Below are positions 28,638 to 41,950 of a DNA stretch of 64,000 bases, in pieces. The translations under genes were made by a program, and so were the position numbers. The stretch's first letter is position 1, and every line of letters starts with the position of its first letter. The notes beneath the pieces are model-generated. The model made no database searches. It saw only the letters and a program-made list of their open reading frames with translations, and was not told where the DNA came from. The stretch is from positions 101,620,001 through 101,684,000 of the forward strand of contig CM052817.1 of the NCBI GenBank assembly GCA_028534125.1. Reading direction: 5' to 3'. This DNA is from Lama glama (lineage: Eukaryota).

Positions 28638-29164
28638 CTGCTTCGGTTCTTGATTGCTGCATAACAAATCACCCCCAAACTTCGTGACTTCAAATAACAA
28701 CAGTTATTATCTCACAGTTTCTGAGGGTCAGGAATCAGCCCACAGCTCCACTTGGACCTTCTGTTTCAGAGCTTCTCCCGTGACTATGGCTGGGGTGTCC
28801 ATCAGGGCTGCCCCCATCCCCAGGCTCAGCTGGGGGAGAATTTGTTCCTAGGCTCCCTCCTGTGGCTGCCTGCAGGAGTCAGTGTCTTGCTGGTTGTTGG
28901 CTGCAGGCTGCCTTCAGTTTCTGGCCACATGCACCTCTCCATTGGGGCAGCTAGCTTCATCAGAACAAGCAAGTGAGGGGGGAGAGAGAGACAGCGAGCC
29001 AGTAAGACAGAAGCATGTCTTTAGGACATAATCCCAGAAGAGACAAGCCATCACTTTGCCATATTCTGTTTGTTAGAAGCGAGCCCTTGGTCCTGCCCCG
29101 ACTCCAGGGGAAACGATGGACAGGAAGTGGGGGTCTTTGGGAGCCATTTTAGAAGGCTGCCTGC
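28638..29164 (-). mobile_element. MaLR LTR (MLT1 family)
   Basis: attgctgcataacaaatcacccc...ctcacagtttctgagggtcaggaat...catcactttgccatattctg...ggagccattttagaaggctgcct motifs. Confidence 0.7.
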
Positions 29165-32100
29165 CCTCTTCATGAGTAGCCAAGACGATTCCTGCTCACG
29201 TTCAGCCGTAGGAAGGATGAAATGGGGATGAGGCCAAGAGTGTCTGGGAGAGCTGGCAGAGGCCCTCCTGCGTGAGCGGGCAGGGAAGACCTCCCGAGGA
29301 GGGACTAGACGAGTCTGGGCCCTTCCCGACAGAGGGACCGGGGAGTGCACCGTGGGAGGGTGAACATCGCAGTCTCAGGGAAGAGAACGGAGGCTGCTAA
29401 CACCGAACAAAGTGGGCGAGGGGGCTGCGGGTCCCTGGTGAGGTGAGAACTTTATCACGAACCTTGTAACAAACCATATGAAGCAAATATGAATCTACGT
29501 TTTGAAGTAACGAGTAACTTCCCTAAGATCACACCACTTGGAAGTGACGTAGCACATGCAAGGATTTGAACTTGGGTCTCTGTGGTGATACAATCCACCT
29601 GTTTGCCACCATGTCCCCGGCAGTTCATGCAGGGGCCACTGGGAGGGGTGTGGTTGGGTGATCAGCTGCCCCTCTGGCCCAGGACCGAGGAGGTGCCTAG
29701 GATGTGAGACTTTCATGGTTGAAACCAGGAGAATCCTGAGGAGACCAGGACAGTGGGTCACCCTGAGTGAAAACCTGCCCCCTAGGCTCTTGGATGTGAT
29801 ACTACACCCAGGCTAAGCCAGCAGTCGTGAGTCAGCCAGGTGCATGGTTTGTGACCAAGAGAATAAACTGTAGCATGGCCCTGCCTTGTTGCTAAAACAG
29901 GCTATTGAAATACTTTGCTTTTGTTTCCTTTTGTTTTTCTCAGGTCATTCCTGTGGGAAAAGCCGGCCTAACGCCCAGGTGCAGTCGTGGACTCCTAGGG
30001 CGGGGAGAGACTGAGGCAGTCCCCCACGTGTCCTCGGCCACTGAGTAGGACATAGGGCACAGACAGGGCTCCTGGCCCCTCAGACACCTTTCCCGCTGGG
30101 CATCCTGCTTACTGGTACCTGTACATCGTGTCCCTTCCTGAATGATCTCTCTCCCTCCCCCACCTTAATGCAGCACTGTCCCCTGGAAGTTGCTACCCAG
30201 CAGGTCGAGGCACGACAATGACCTGTGCACAGCAAAGTGTGATAGGATGTGAAGAGGTGACACCAGCGAAAGCTGGAAGCTGAGCTCTAGACATGTCTTT
30301 GTTCACTTTCCCACATCCTGGTGACTCGAAGCAGGAAGATGGTGACTCTAAGATGGCCCCAGTGGGATTTGCCATCTCTCATCGAGGCAACTGGCCCTTC
30401 ACTTCCCTGCAAACCAGCTCTCCTTTGTGAACCTCTCCGACCACAGACTGTGACCGAGAAGTTCTCCTCTGCTCCCCGCAGCCCCTTCTAACTCCTTTCC
30501 TGGCCCCGCTCTTCCTTGGAGAGGGAGTGACACCATGACCTGGCTCTGGCCCTTTTCCCTCTCCCTAGAGACCTCCACGCTCAGCGGGAGCCTTTGCCTC
30601 TAAGTTGAAGACCTCCTAAGGGATCTCAGACCAGATGGACTCAATTTAGAGACCATGACGGACCATATCCATCCTCTCCAAACAGCACTCTCTATGGGTG
30701 GAGCACACTCCATGCCCCATTGTCAGGCTTGGCCCAGTGTCTTGCGTTGGCCATGAATGTGGACGTAAGTGACAATGTGCTAATTTCCAAGAGAAGCTTT
30801 AACCGGCCCTGCATAGTCCTCTGTCTCTGACTCTTTTCTTCTGCCACCAAACGGCATGCTCAAATAGAGGCTTCTTCATCAGCCTGGAATTTAGAAGGAG
30901 CGAACCAAATAGCTACCCTTTCTGTTTTCTGCAGAACATCCAAAGCTGATGGTATCACAAAAAGCACATGATTGACAGGTGTCTATTTGCAAATAGGATC
31001 CGATCTCTAAGGATGACTAGATAGGCAGCTTCTGCCCAGTAATTATTCAAGGTGAAATTTAGAACGGATGCACTCTGAAGGAGTACATAAAATAATGCCA
31101 AGATCCAATATTCAGAGACCAACTGAAAGTCACCTCCGAGAAAGCCGAGCTTTAAGAGAATTCTGCCTGCCCCACGTAACTAAGGTTGGATTGCAGAGCA
31201 TGGGGGCTCTTGGTTTGAAAGACAAGCTGTTGAGATAGTCTATTCTTAACAGAGCAACCGGGAACAGTCCTTTCAATATGTCAGCCATGTCACACTTTCA
31301 CTCGACACCCACTCGTGGCTTCCCATGACACCTGAGTGCCACAGCATCCAAGACCCTGTGTGATCTGACTTTCCCCACCTAGTCTCCTACACTGCCTTTC
31401 TTTCTCACTTAACTCCAGCCACGCTGGCTGACTTATCATCTCTCAAATACACCAAGAAAGCTCCTTCCTCCAAGCCTTTGCACTTGGTGTTCACACCACC
31501 CAAAACACTCACTCCCTAGTTGCCCCCGGGACACTCCCTTTCTCTGTTTAGGTTTCTGACCAGATATCACCTTATCAGAGAGGTCTTTCCTGCCAGCCCT
31601 TATGTGGAGATTGTACTTCCTTGCCCATTATAGCTTTTGTTAAAATCAAATGCAAGTGGAGACCGGACTTAAAAATTGCCTGCATGGTCATACAAGCAAA
31701 ACTTAATTTAATTTATTTTGCAAAACAAGCGAGGTTACTAATTACTATGTCAGTGATTTGTTGGTTTTGTTTCTGTTTCTTATGAACTTTTGATGCTTGG
31801 GACAATGAATTTGAGCAAAAATCACATCACTCCTGGGTTGAAGCATTTAAGAGTCAACGTATAAGATTGATGTTTGCCCTCTACTGTCGCAAGCAGACAG
31901 ACCACATGTTCCAGATGGTTTGATCACAGGATGGGGGCAACTATATTAGCCCGAGTTACTGAGTCACTACCTAGAGCAAACTTTGCCTGGAGACTTGTCT
32001 GGACCCACAGTGGACTCCCTATATTTGTTACAGCAGCATAACGTAAGTTATGCTGATTAATACCCACTCCCACGTACCATCAATCCCTTTCCCCTTACAC

Positions 32101-32297
32101 TACTTTATTTTGTCTGTAACATTTATTATCACTCGATATATACTGACTTGTTTGTAAAGCTCATTTGTGCTGCTCACCAAATATTGCCATCTCTCTGCTT
32201 CCTGGACGTGTGGAAGGATTGTGGTTAGGTGGGGCCATGTTCTAGAGTTTCCCTTGTGCACAAATGGCCCCTTTGGACTCATCCTGGGTCACCAGAA

Positions 32298-32780
32298 TGT
32301 GGCAGACACACGCAGGCTGGTCTCCAGGATCCCTAAATCCTGCTGTTTATGCCCTTGTATAATATTCTCATCTTCAGTACGGGCAAGACCTGTGACTTAC
32401 TTCTAACTGATAGAATATGACAAAGGTGATGGGCTGTCACTCCCATAATTGTTATGTAGTATAAGACCCCCGTCTTGCTAGCAACCCCTCTCTCTCTGTT
32501 GCTGGCTTTGAAGAAGCAAGCTGTCATAAAGTGAGTGGTCATGTTGGAGACACTCATATAACAAGAGACTGCAGGTGGCCTCTAGGCGCCAACAGTGACC
32601 CCAAGCAAGGAGCTGAAATCCTCAACCCACAGCTTCAAGAAATGAATTCAGCCAAACACCTGGGAACTATTGGAAGGGAGTCTTTTCCTAGTTTAGGCTA
32701 TGTTGAAAGCCTTAGTCAGTATCTCGGTTTCAGCCTGATGAGACCCTGAGCAGAGGACCCAGTGAAGATGTGCCACCATG
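32298..32780 (+). mobile_element. MaLR LTR (MLT1 family)
   Basis: tgtggcagac start; cctgtgacttacttctaactgatagaatatg...gctggctttgaagaagcaagctg...gagaccctgagcagaggacccag motifs. Confidence 0.7.
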
Positions 32781-33565
32781 TTGGTCTCCTCACCCGCCTG
32801 ACAACAGTGAGCCCCCAAGAGGGCAGAGATTTGTTTTGTTCACTTCTATTTCCCCAGCGTTGCTTGGCACATAGTGGGCACCAGTACATATTTATGGGAT
32901 GAATGAATAAATGGGTAAGAACTTGATTTTGCTTAACTTCAGAGAGCAATTCTTACCCATAATACAATCATTAAATATAATATGTACATTTAAATGTCAT
33001 TTGTATACATATGTTTTGAAAAGTCTCTAGCAATTAAACCTCTGTCATAAAATCATCCTTGAGTTCCAATTCTCATTATGCACAAGATGATATGATTCAA
33101 TCCCTGGTAGGACAAAATTTATGCTAAAGCCAAAAATAAGTTTTAATGTAAAATGAGTGTTTCTTAATCTATACAGATAAAACAGAACTTCCATTGGTCT
33201 TAACTGTGTCGTGAGGAGTTGGCTATTAGCATTTTCACATGCCAAACCTGGAGTGTATGTCTGAAATGGTCTGCTTTACGACATAACCTACATAATGGGC
33301 CTGAAGTCACTTAGTGGTTGCTTGAAGTGATGAACTTCAAAACAAAAATTATGAGGACAGACCTCGATTTACAACAGAGCCATTTCTCACGTGGGCAACT
33401 TCAAAACATACTGTAAGGTTTACAGCGATGGTTATAATTCTCCTGAGCAATACAAGAGACTAAGAGACAGCCAGATTCAAATATGTGGCTATTTTGTGGC
33501 AGTGGTCTATGTAAAGTGGCTTCCCTTTGTCAGCTGTCACACTTCTGAATTTCTGTCATACCGCC

Positions 33566-34024
33566 TGTGGTAGGCAGAGTAATGGTCTTCCAAAGACGTC
33601 CACATCTCCATCCCCAGAACCTGTGAAGGTATACCTTACATGGCAAGGAGGAATTAAAGTTGCAGATGAAATTAAGGATGCTAATCAGCTGGTCTGGAGA
33701 TGGGGAGAGGATTCTGGACTATTGGGTTAGACCCAATGTAATCGTAAGTGTCCTTGTAAATGAAGGAAGGGCGCCAGAGATTCAGAGAGAGGGTTGATGG
33801 TGTTATGGTGCTGGCTTTGAAGAGGAAGGAGCCAGGTAGAGCCAAGGGGGCATTTAGAAGGAGGAAAAGGCATGGAAATGGATTTTTCTCCAGAAAGGGT
33901 TTTAGCTCGGTGAGACCCAATTTGGGTGTCCGACCTCCAGAACGATAAGATTAAAAAAAACTGTGTTGTTTTAAGACACTCAATCTGTGGTAATTTGTTA
34001 AAGCAGCAATAGGAAACTTATACA
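33566..34024 (+). mobile_element. MaLR LTR (MLT1 family), near full length
   Basis: Starts tgtggtaggcagagtaatgg, ends tgtggtaatttgttaaagcagcaataggaaacttataca (TG...CA LTR termini). Confidence 0.8.
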
Positions 34025-34029
34025 GCACT

Positions 34030-34370
34030 GTCCAGAAGTGACACGTCCGAGACTTTACCCCAGTCGCAAGCTAACCGGTTGGCTTGTCACAGTCCCTCAG
34101 ATGCTAGCGGAACACATGAAACTGGTGGGTCAGAGACAAAGGACAGTTTCTTACTCACAGCAATGGCAGCAGCTAGACTGTCAGCAGTTTGCATGGTTCA
34201 CTGAGCCCACATTCCCCGAGGGCGGTGTGACACCGGCACACGCAGGGGGGTGTGTGATGGAGGAGGAAACCTGAGCTTGGGGAACTCAAATCTTTCAAAC
34301 TAAGCAGTAAGCATGCCGGCCCTTTGCTCCGGAGGCAGCTACTGTTACCTTCCAGAGCTGGGAAGTATGC
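34030..34370. mobile_element. Old LTR element related to 13838-14330
   Basis: Shared sequence blocks with the 13838 copy. Confidence 0.45.
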
Positions 34371-36617
34371 ATGAGAACAGTTGTTTTAATTTATGAACCA
34401 CTTTTCACCTCTACCCTCTAATGTCATCTTTGTAACAACCCTGTAAACAGGTTAACACTTCCACGACACTGACACTCAGAAACACTGAATAATGCCCACA
34501 AGACCACCGGCCCGGTAAGGGCGGGGCCCCTTTCCTGTCACTTTCTGTTCTCCTGCTCTTGGCAAATCCACCTACTTGTGCAACTCTTCACCCTTTGAAG
34601 GTGTGAAGCTCTCTGAATAGAGTAGATCATTATTCAAGCTCTCACCCCAGTGACGTGCACATGGCACATATGAGGTCAGCCGATAGAGAGAACGTGGGCT
34701 GTGGAACTGGGTGCCTGGATGTCAGATCCCGGCGGTACCTCTTACCAGCTTCTCTGACCTCTCTGAGCCTCAGGTTGCAAAACGGGCTTCATAATTCTTC
34801 CACGGGGTTGTGGCGAGACTTCCGCCCCGTGTGTACTACGTCCACGTTGTCCTTCTTGGAATTGCTTGCACAATTTATCTCTTCCTCATAAGACTGTGAG
34901 TCTTTTTTTTTTCCATTGAAAAATAGTTGACTTACAGTAATATATTAGTTTCAAACGTACTACAGAGTGACTGTATGTTTTTACAGATTATGCTTCTAAA
35001 GCTCTTAGAAGGTATTGGCCATTTTCCCTGTGCTGTCCCTGACATCCTTGTATCTTACCTCCTTATTCCTAAGAGTGTAGCTCTTAAGTCCCCTCCCCCA
35101 TTTTGCCCCACCCCCACACCTCTCCCACCTGTTGTTTGTATCAGTGAATCTGTTTCTGTTTTGTTAAATTTGTTCATTTTGAACACTGTGAGCTTCTCGA
35201 GGGCGAGGACCATGACTTTGGACTGTTCACCCTAGCAAACGGGTGACCAAAGGACATACAGAGTAAATGTTGACAGGACACAAATAAGGGGGCACCCAAT
35301 AGGTGCTTGACACCCAGTAGGCCCCTCCTCTCCTGCCGTGCTCCCCTCGCCAGCACAGAAGGCTTGTGCCCGGCTGGGGCAGTTTCAGAGGAAGTTCAGG
35401 CTCTCCGCAGCCATCACTTTCATTTCCTACATCTGAAATTTCCGTGAAGCACATTATGCAAGAGTGGAATTTTAATGCAGTCCTTCACTGGACGTCCTGC
35501 AGCCAGACAGCGCTGCCTCTGTCCCGGTTCCTGGCAGAGCAGGCGTTGGCACCGTTGGGCAGGAGTCTGAGTGCTTCTGTGGGTGCCAGGGACAACATCC
35601 TGAGCAGTCTTGGAAAAGAGAGCAGCATCCTTGCTATCCTTCCTGCCCCAAAGCCCAGCCCCGGGGCTCCCTCCTCCGAGAGTGATGAGAAGATTTACCC
35701 GGAGCCCTCCCCTGACAAATGGGCAAAACCCTTCTGCCAATGATGCTGTCATTCAGTGGGTCCTTCTGCGTCTCCTTCCCCTGTCCTGGACTCTATGCGC
35801 TACTTCTGAGGGGATCCCCCTTCTTCCCAAACACTTTGCCTTCATTGTGCCAACTGAACCTGTGTGAGGCAACTCCCTCGGCTCCCATGTTGTACCTCCA
35901 CCCCTGTCATCCCTGCTCTCACTGTCTGAGAGAAGCTAAGCTTGTCTAATTGGTAAGAAGGAAACAATATTCATCCTAAACTCCACAGTCCAGTGGCATT
36001 TACGTTCCCTGGTCTACCTGCCTTTTCTCAAAGGGACTTACTGAGCCAAGTGGATGCTGACAGCATGATGTTCATAGAGAATTTCTGACCAGTTGCTCCA
36101 CTCCAGGTCCATGAAGGACTAATTCTTTCTTGATCACACCTGTCTCTTTGACAGTGACACAGGGGGACAGCTGGGGACTTGCTGTCTGGTCTACACTGGA
36201 CAAGGCCTTTCCTGGCCTGCTGAGTCTTCCGCACACAGCAGGCCGGAGACAAGGTAGGTTTGGGATCTGATCATTTGGGGGAGAATTGTTATCTGGTAAC
36301 TTTCCTGGCAATTGGCTTAAGGTTAGAGACAAATGCTTTTTAGGAAAGACTGAGGAGAAAAAATTTACCCAGATGTCCACACCCACTCACGTAGTTTAAT
36401 TTCCTCTCTGAATGTTCATTCTCTGCCAACACAGCTTTGAGCTTTGCAGTTTCGTATGTCTAAGGGTTCCTCAGTCAACAGCTTGTCTTCTGACCAGGGC
36501 TCACGAGGTCACAAAAGGCCAGGCACTGTTTGTGTTTCGCACGTGGCATTTTGCCTAATTTTCACGATAACTCTAGCAAGTTCGTTTTACAGAGATGGTC
36601 ACTAGGTGAAGACCATG

Positions 36618-36684
36618 CAGTTAGCCCTGCCTCCCTGCTTTATTTCAGGTCAGTTAGCCCTGCCTCCCTGCTTTACTTTCAGGT
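36618..36684. repeat. 33/34-bp tandem duplication
   Basis: cagttagccctgcctccctgctttatttcaggt followed by cagttagccctgcctccctgctttactttcaggt. Confidence 0.9.
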
Positions 36685-36938
36685 CAGAATGTTTTTAAGT
36701 CACTCTGAAATAGTATCTCTCACAACAAAAAAGAGTCAGAGCATCCTAATTTTCCAGAAGCCAGTCTTGACCGTCAGACAGATGGACAGTTGAGGGAGGA
36801 TCAGACCTCATTGCACCCGTAGCAGGTTCACGGCCGATGAGGTGACGTTCCTCCTGCTCCCTAGTTACCTGGAGATGCCATCACTAATCTTAGCAGGTTC
36901 TGTGGGGCTGGGGGCAATGGTCAGGATTTTCATGGTTT

Positions 36939-37797
36939 TATTATGATCATGATCATGATTGCTCCTGGCTCATTACAGCTTTTCATTTATTTTCTGCGTA
37001 CATACTGAAATATTGGTTCTTAAAAATACGCTGTGTTGGCTCTAAAGGACTCACATGAGTCTCTGCCAAAGTCAGCTCCTGGACTGACTCAGGGCAGCTG
37101 CCAGCCGTGGCCCATGCACCACGGAGCACAGACCCAGTGCTGAACCAACTGGTTCGGGAAATCAGGAAATAGAAGGGTGGCTGTGGGTCGAGCAAGCGAC
37201 AGTGTGATATTCCTTTCTTCCAGGACAAATGTTCTATTGTTTTCCTCCTGATCCATCAACAATTTGAGTAGACTGGCCAACCTCCAGCAAACTAGAGCAA
37301 GAACTAAGTTCCCATACTTTCAATGCCAGGACCTTTCTTAAAAATAATAGCTAACACTGAACATTTACCAGATTCCGGGCACTGTCCTCTGGCTAAGAAT
37401 TATCATCCCCCTGTAACAGATGTGAAAACTGAGTCTTGTGATCGGTGACAGAGTGGGCAGGTGGAAGAGGCAAGCTCTGAAACCAACTTGCTATGCCACA
37501 AAGCTCTTGCCCTTACAAGCCATGCTCCGTTGTTCCCGTAACACGGTGGAGGAGGGCGCCGAGGGCTTGTGCTGAGCCCTGCACACCGGCCGGTTCAGCG
37601 CTGGGTCTGTGCTCTGTGGTGCATGGGCGACGGCTGGCAGCTGCCGAGTCAGTCCAGGAGCTGACTTTGGTCGCGACTCACCTGAGTCTTTTAGAGCCAG
37701 CACAGCGTAGTTTTAAGAACTAATAGTTTAGTATGTATGCAGAAAATAAGCGAAGAGCTGTAATGAGCCAGGAACAATCATGATCATGACCATAATA
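36939..37797. repeat. Long inverted repeat: arms 36939-37153 and 37585-37797, 431-bp spacer
   Basis: The reverse complement of the left arm aligns to the right arm with ~23 substitutions and one 2-bp gap over ~215 bp (hand count). Confidence 0.93.
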
Positions 37798-38559
37798 CCA
37801 CCAGCTAGCGATGACTGATCTCTTTCTCGATGCCAGGCTTTCTGTTAAGCACTATATGTGCACAACCTCACTTAAACGGGAAGGAAAATCAACTGGTATT
37901 TGAGAATGTTCCATAGGAGCCATTATTCAATCATCATTTAACTTCCTTCTTGGACTTGAAATAGTAAATGACGTCATTTCAGGCCGGGTTTGTTTTGCTT
38001 AAGAGTCTCACATGAGGCAATCACCCTTGAATTGTGCAACGCATTGGGGCAACGTTTATATAAAGAAACTTTGCAACAAAATAGGTGCACATACATATAC
38101 ACTATAACAAATCTAGCCTTTTCTGTCCTTTGAGTGTTCAGGCACATTCTCATTCAATAATATTATTCTCATTGATTAAGTCTAGCAAGACTGTGAAGCC
38201 TAGGAAGTTGTCTATGGAAACCTAGTGAAATGCATGGTGCAGGGGCTTGGAAATCAGACAGAAGGAGGCTTCAATCCTAACTATGTCACCTGGCAGTCCT
38301 AGGACCCTTCTGAGCCTCTTTAAGTTTAAAATGCAGATAATGCCTGCCTCATAGACTTGCTAACGCATTAAACAAACACACATTAAACAATACGCAGAGA
38401 GATTAACACAAGGTAAGGTCTCAGCTGAGGTAATTACCTCCCACTCCTCCATCCCCGCTTTGGATTCTACTCACCCAATTTGACAGTGTTCACTGACTTC
38501 TCCTCCATTCTTCAAGCTCTATTCATGCCCCATTTTATGGTTCTTCATTTCCTAATTAT

Positions 38560-40330
38560 CTTGAGTTATTCATTTATCTATTCAACAGTTTTTACTGAAC
38601 CATACTACATACAAGTTACTGGGTAAACACTGAGAATACAATGGTGAGTTAAACACACCAGTTCTGTTTATGGCCTGGTGAAAGAGACAGGCATTAATCA
38701 CACACTTGGGAGGATACAGCTACAAACTAAGCTAAATGCTATGAAGGAAAGGAAGGCATATCTAGGGTGAAAAGTAAGGGAAGTGAAGGTGAGTGGGGAC
38801 CTGAAGGAGAAGTGAGTCTCTGCGGCAGGTGGTGCTGGTGCTGGTGGAGGTGGTGGTGGTGCTGGTGATTCTATAATGATGGAGGTGGTGGTGATGGTGG
38901 GGTTGATGGTGATGGTGGAGGGGATGGTAATAGAGAATGACATTCACAGCAGAGGAAACAGCATATGCAAAGGATCTGTGGTGAGTGGAAACTCTGAAAG
39001 TCTGATGTGGCTGGTGTGTCTGGCACAGGTGGTGATGGGGAGAAGAGGCAGAGACAGGAAGTTTAGCACGAGCTGCACCACAGATCCTGCAGGAACTTGT
39101 AGTCTACGTTAAATATGTAGATCCTCATCCTAAGAACGATTTGGAAGCCATAGAAGAATCTTAAGCTTGAGGTGGGATGAAATGATCAGTTGCATTGTTA
39201 AACGATCATTCTAGATCCGTATTGTCCAATGGTTGCCACTAGCTACATATGGATATTGAACACTTGAAGTGTTGCTGGTCTTTGCTGGGATGTGCTATCA
39301 ATGTGGACTATACACTGGATTTCAAAGACAGCATAAAAAAGGAATGTGAAATAGCTCATTAATTTTTTCATAGTCATTACATATGGGAATGATAATGTTT
39401 TAGGTTAAATAACATAATTTTATTTTGTAATTAAGATTCGTTTTACCCGTTTCTTGCTTACCTGTTTAAATGTAGCTACCAGGGCATTTAAAATTACGTA
39501 AGCAGCTTGCACTAGTGGCTCCTGTGATATTTTCATGAGTCAAGGCTGCCCTAGATGCAGGGTGAAGCAAGCGATACGGAGAAGGCAAAGCAGGTGAGAC
39601 CACTGGGAGGCTGTTTTTGGAGTCGAGACAACAGGTGAAGGTAGCTTGAACTAGGATGACGAAAGTGGGAGTAAAAAGAGTTGGATGGATTCGAGGTAAA
39701 ATCAGCAGAACAAGTCTCCCAGCAGAGTCATCTGGGTGGATGGTGGTGCCATGTGTTGAAATAAAGACCGCTGGGAGGGGGTCAGCCTCGGGAAGAGGTG
39801 TCATGAGCTCAAACTTGGACATACTGAGTGGACTGCTCTGAGACACCCACGTGCACACATCTCAAGAAGGCAGCTGCCCATCTAGGTCTGCAGCTTGTTG
39901 AGATGTCTGTACAGGACACTTCAACTGGAAAGGTGCTGGCACGCAGATGAGCACAGATGAGACTCCTCAGGGAGAAAGCAGCCAGTGAGGAGTGGCCTAG
40001 GATCTAGACCTGGGAAACGGGGAAGGGAAGGATAAGTCTGAAAAGGAGAGTCAAACAGGAAAACTAAGCATGTGGAATCATGGAAGCAAAGGGAGAGGAT
40101 GTTTTAAGAAGGAAGGAGTGTCACAATGAGATCTGTTCTAACTGTTCTAGGCAACAGGAAGAGAGTCAGTGACATAGTGATCGTTAATAACCTTTGCAAG
40201 CTGTTTGGAGTCACACGGGTGGAAGCCTTATTGGAGGAGAGTGAAGACAGGGCAAGAGGAGAGGAAATAGAGACTGGACATGTAAAGCGCTCTTTCCAGA
40301 GCTGGTGTATGAAAGAAGAGAAAGAGAGAC
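38560..40330. mobile_element. Degenerate LINE-2 with nested GGT low-complexity tract and DNA transposon
   Basis: L2-type motifs (attcatttatctattcaacag...tactgaac; cagaggaaacagcatatgcaaagg; ggaggctgtt...gtagcttgaactagg); boundaries approximate. Confidence 0.55.
39217..39548. mobile_element. hAT-Charlie (MER3/MER33-like) non-autonomous DNA transposon
   Basis: Begins with a degenerate TIR ccgtattgtccaat; internal gccactagctacatatgg...attgaacacttgaa motif; flanked by 8-bp CTAG-centred TSD-like sites ttctagat (39209) and ccctagat (39549). Confidence 0.65.
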
Positions 40331-41761
40331 ACTTGAGGAAGATAGATGTTGTTGATTTTTGTTTGTTTGTTTGCTTTAAATAAATATGGAAGAAGCTGCG
40401 GCACCGGCAGGACACAGAAGGACACTGGCAGACTGGAAGATGAGGCCACAACTGACGCAGGCTGGAGGAAGCTGTGGACACAGCAGAGGAGGAAGAGCAG
40501 CAGTTAACATGGGGAGAAAGGAAGCACTTGGCACATTTTTTTCTCTAGTGACTCAAATTTAATTTTGTCAATGTTGGCATTATTTTAATGTCCCCACAAA
40601 GTTTTGTCTGCAAAAGAGATAATTCAGAAGTTTGCCCTGGATTTATGATTTACTATCTAAATTACTAAATTTGCCAAATTAAAAACCTTGTCATTCCTTC
40701 AGCTTTTAGGCTGGACTATATTTATTTATAAATATACCAAATTTAAACACCATTTAAAAGGAACCTTGGCTTTTGTTTGATCCTACTGACAAACTCAGCT
40801 AATTAAATGTTTAAATAGTTTAAGTGGCATTACAGCACCATACATAATTCGGGAATTCCCTCTTAGACAGTTGGCCAATGATACAGACCAGGAAGCTGGC
40901 AGCAGCCTTGTCTGTGACCTTGTTTAGTACGCACTGAACCCTGGTTATGCTTTATAACATGACTGGGACCTGAAGAAGACAGTGGTCACACAGCTCATGT
41001 CCCTGGGTTTGTCATTAACATGAGCTCATTTTTTCCATCCACACAGAAGGTAGCGACTCCTACCCAGACTGCCACACCACATGGTTGGACTTAACAGTTA
41101 TCTGAGTCTAGATATTTCAAAATATCTTCCAAGGAGCTCCAAGGAATTTGGAAGTGGATGAACTTTTGTGTTCTTTTCATATTCTTCCTGCCTGATGAGG
41201 ACATAAAACCCTTACAGATATTAAGATGATGCCAGTTGCTCACTCACGGTTGTGTCTGACTCTGTGATTGGAAAGAATACACTGTATGTCTTCATTCTTG
41301 TCTTGGCTGTTGTGTGGCAATGGTAGGAAGCTGGAGCAAGAAGCCACTGGTCGGAGTTCTCTCCTTGCAGTTGCAGCTGAATCTCCAATGTTTATACTCC
41401 ATTCCTCTGGACCTAATTGATGCTCTGAAGGGGCATGTCAGTTCCCCACCCAGCAAGTAGTAGGTGACAGTACGTTCCGTGCTCTCAGGGCTGGTGATAC
41501 TTCACTGCAAAAAGGAGAGCAAAGCCCACGCCCTCATAACATTTACATCCAGCCGCATTCAGCAGGTGAATGTGAATTTGGAAGCTCCTTTTCTTTCGTC
41601 TAGAACAAGTCCTGCAACAGATGAAAATTATTTGCCTTGTCCTTGACAGTCTCGTATATTTGGACCTAAATTATAGCAATTTATCTCAATGTCATCTTCA
41701 TAGCTCGGTCCTTTGCTTCTGGGATAGAGCATCAAAGAACTTGAAGAAAAATCTCCCCCCC

Positions 41762-41950
41762 CTTTTTTTTCTTTAACTTTTTTTATTGATTGATAATCAT
41801 TTTACAATGTTGTGTCAAATTCCAGTGCAGAGCACTATTTTTCAATTATACATGAACATACATGTATTCATTGTCACATTCCTTTCTCTGTGAGCTACCA
41901 TAAGATCTTGTGTATATTTTCCTGTGCTATACAGTAAAATCTTGTTTATC
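41762..41950 (-). mobile_element. LINE-1 3' fragment inserted in the TLR2 pseudogene
   Basis: Poly-T then tttacaatgttgtgtcaaattccagtg...cctgtgctatacagtaaaatcttgtttatc. Confidence 0.75.

Noticed and set aside
38826..38930. His/Thr/Pro-rich ORFs
   Set aside because: Translation of a (GGT/GAT)n low-complexity tract.
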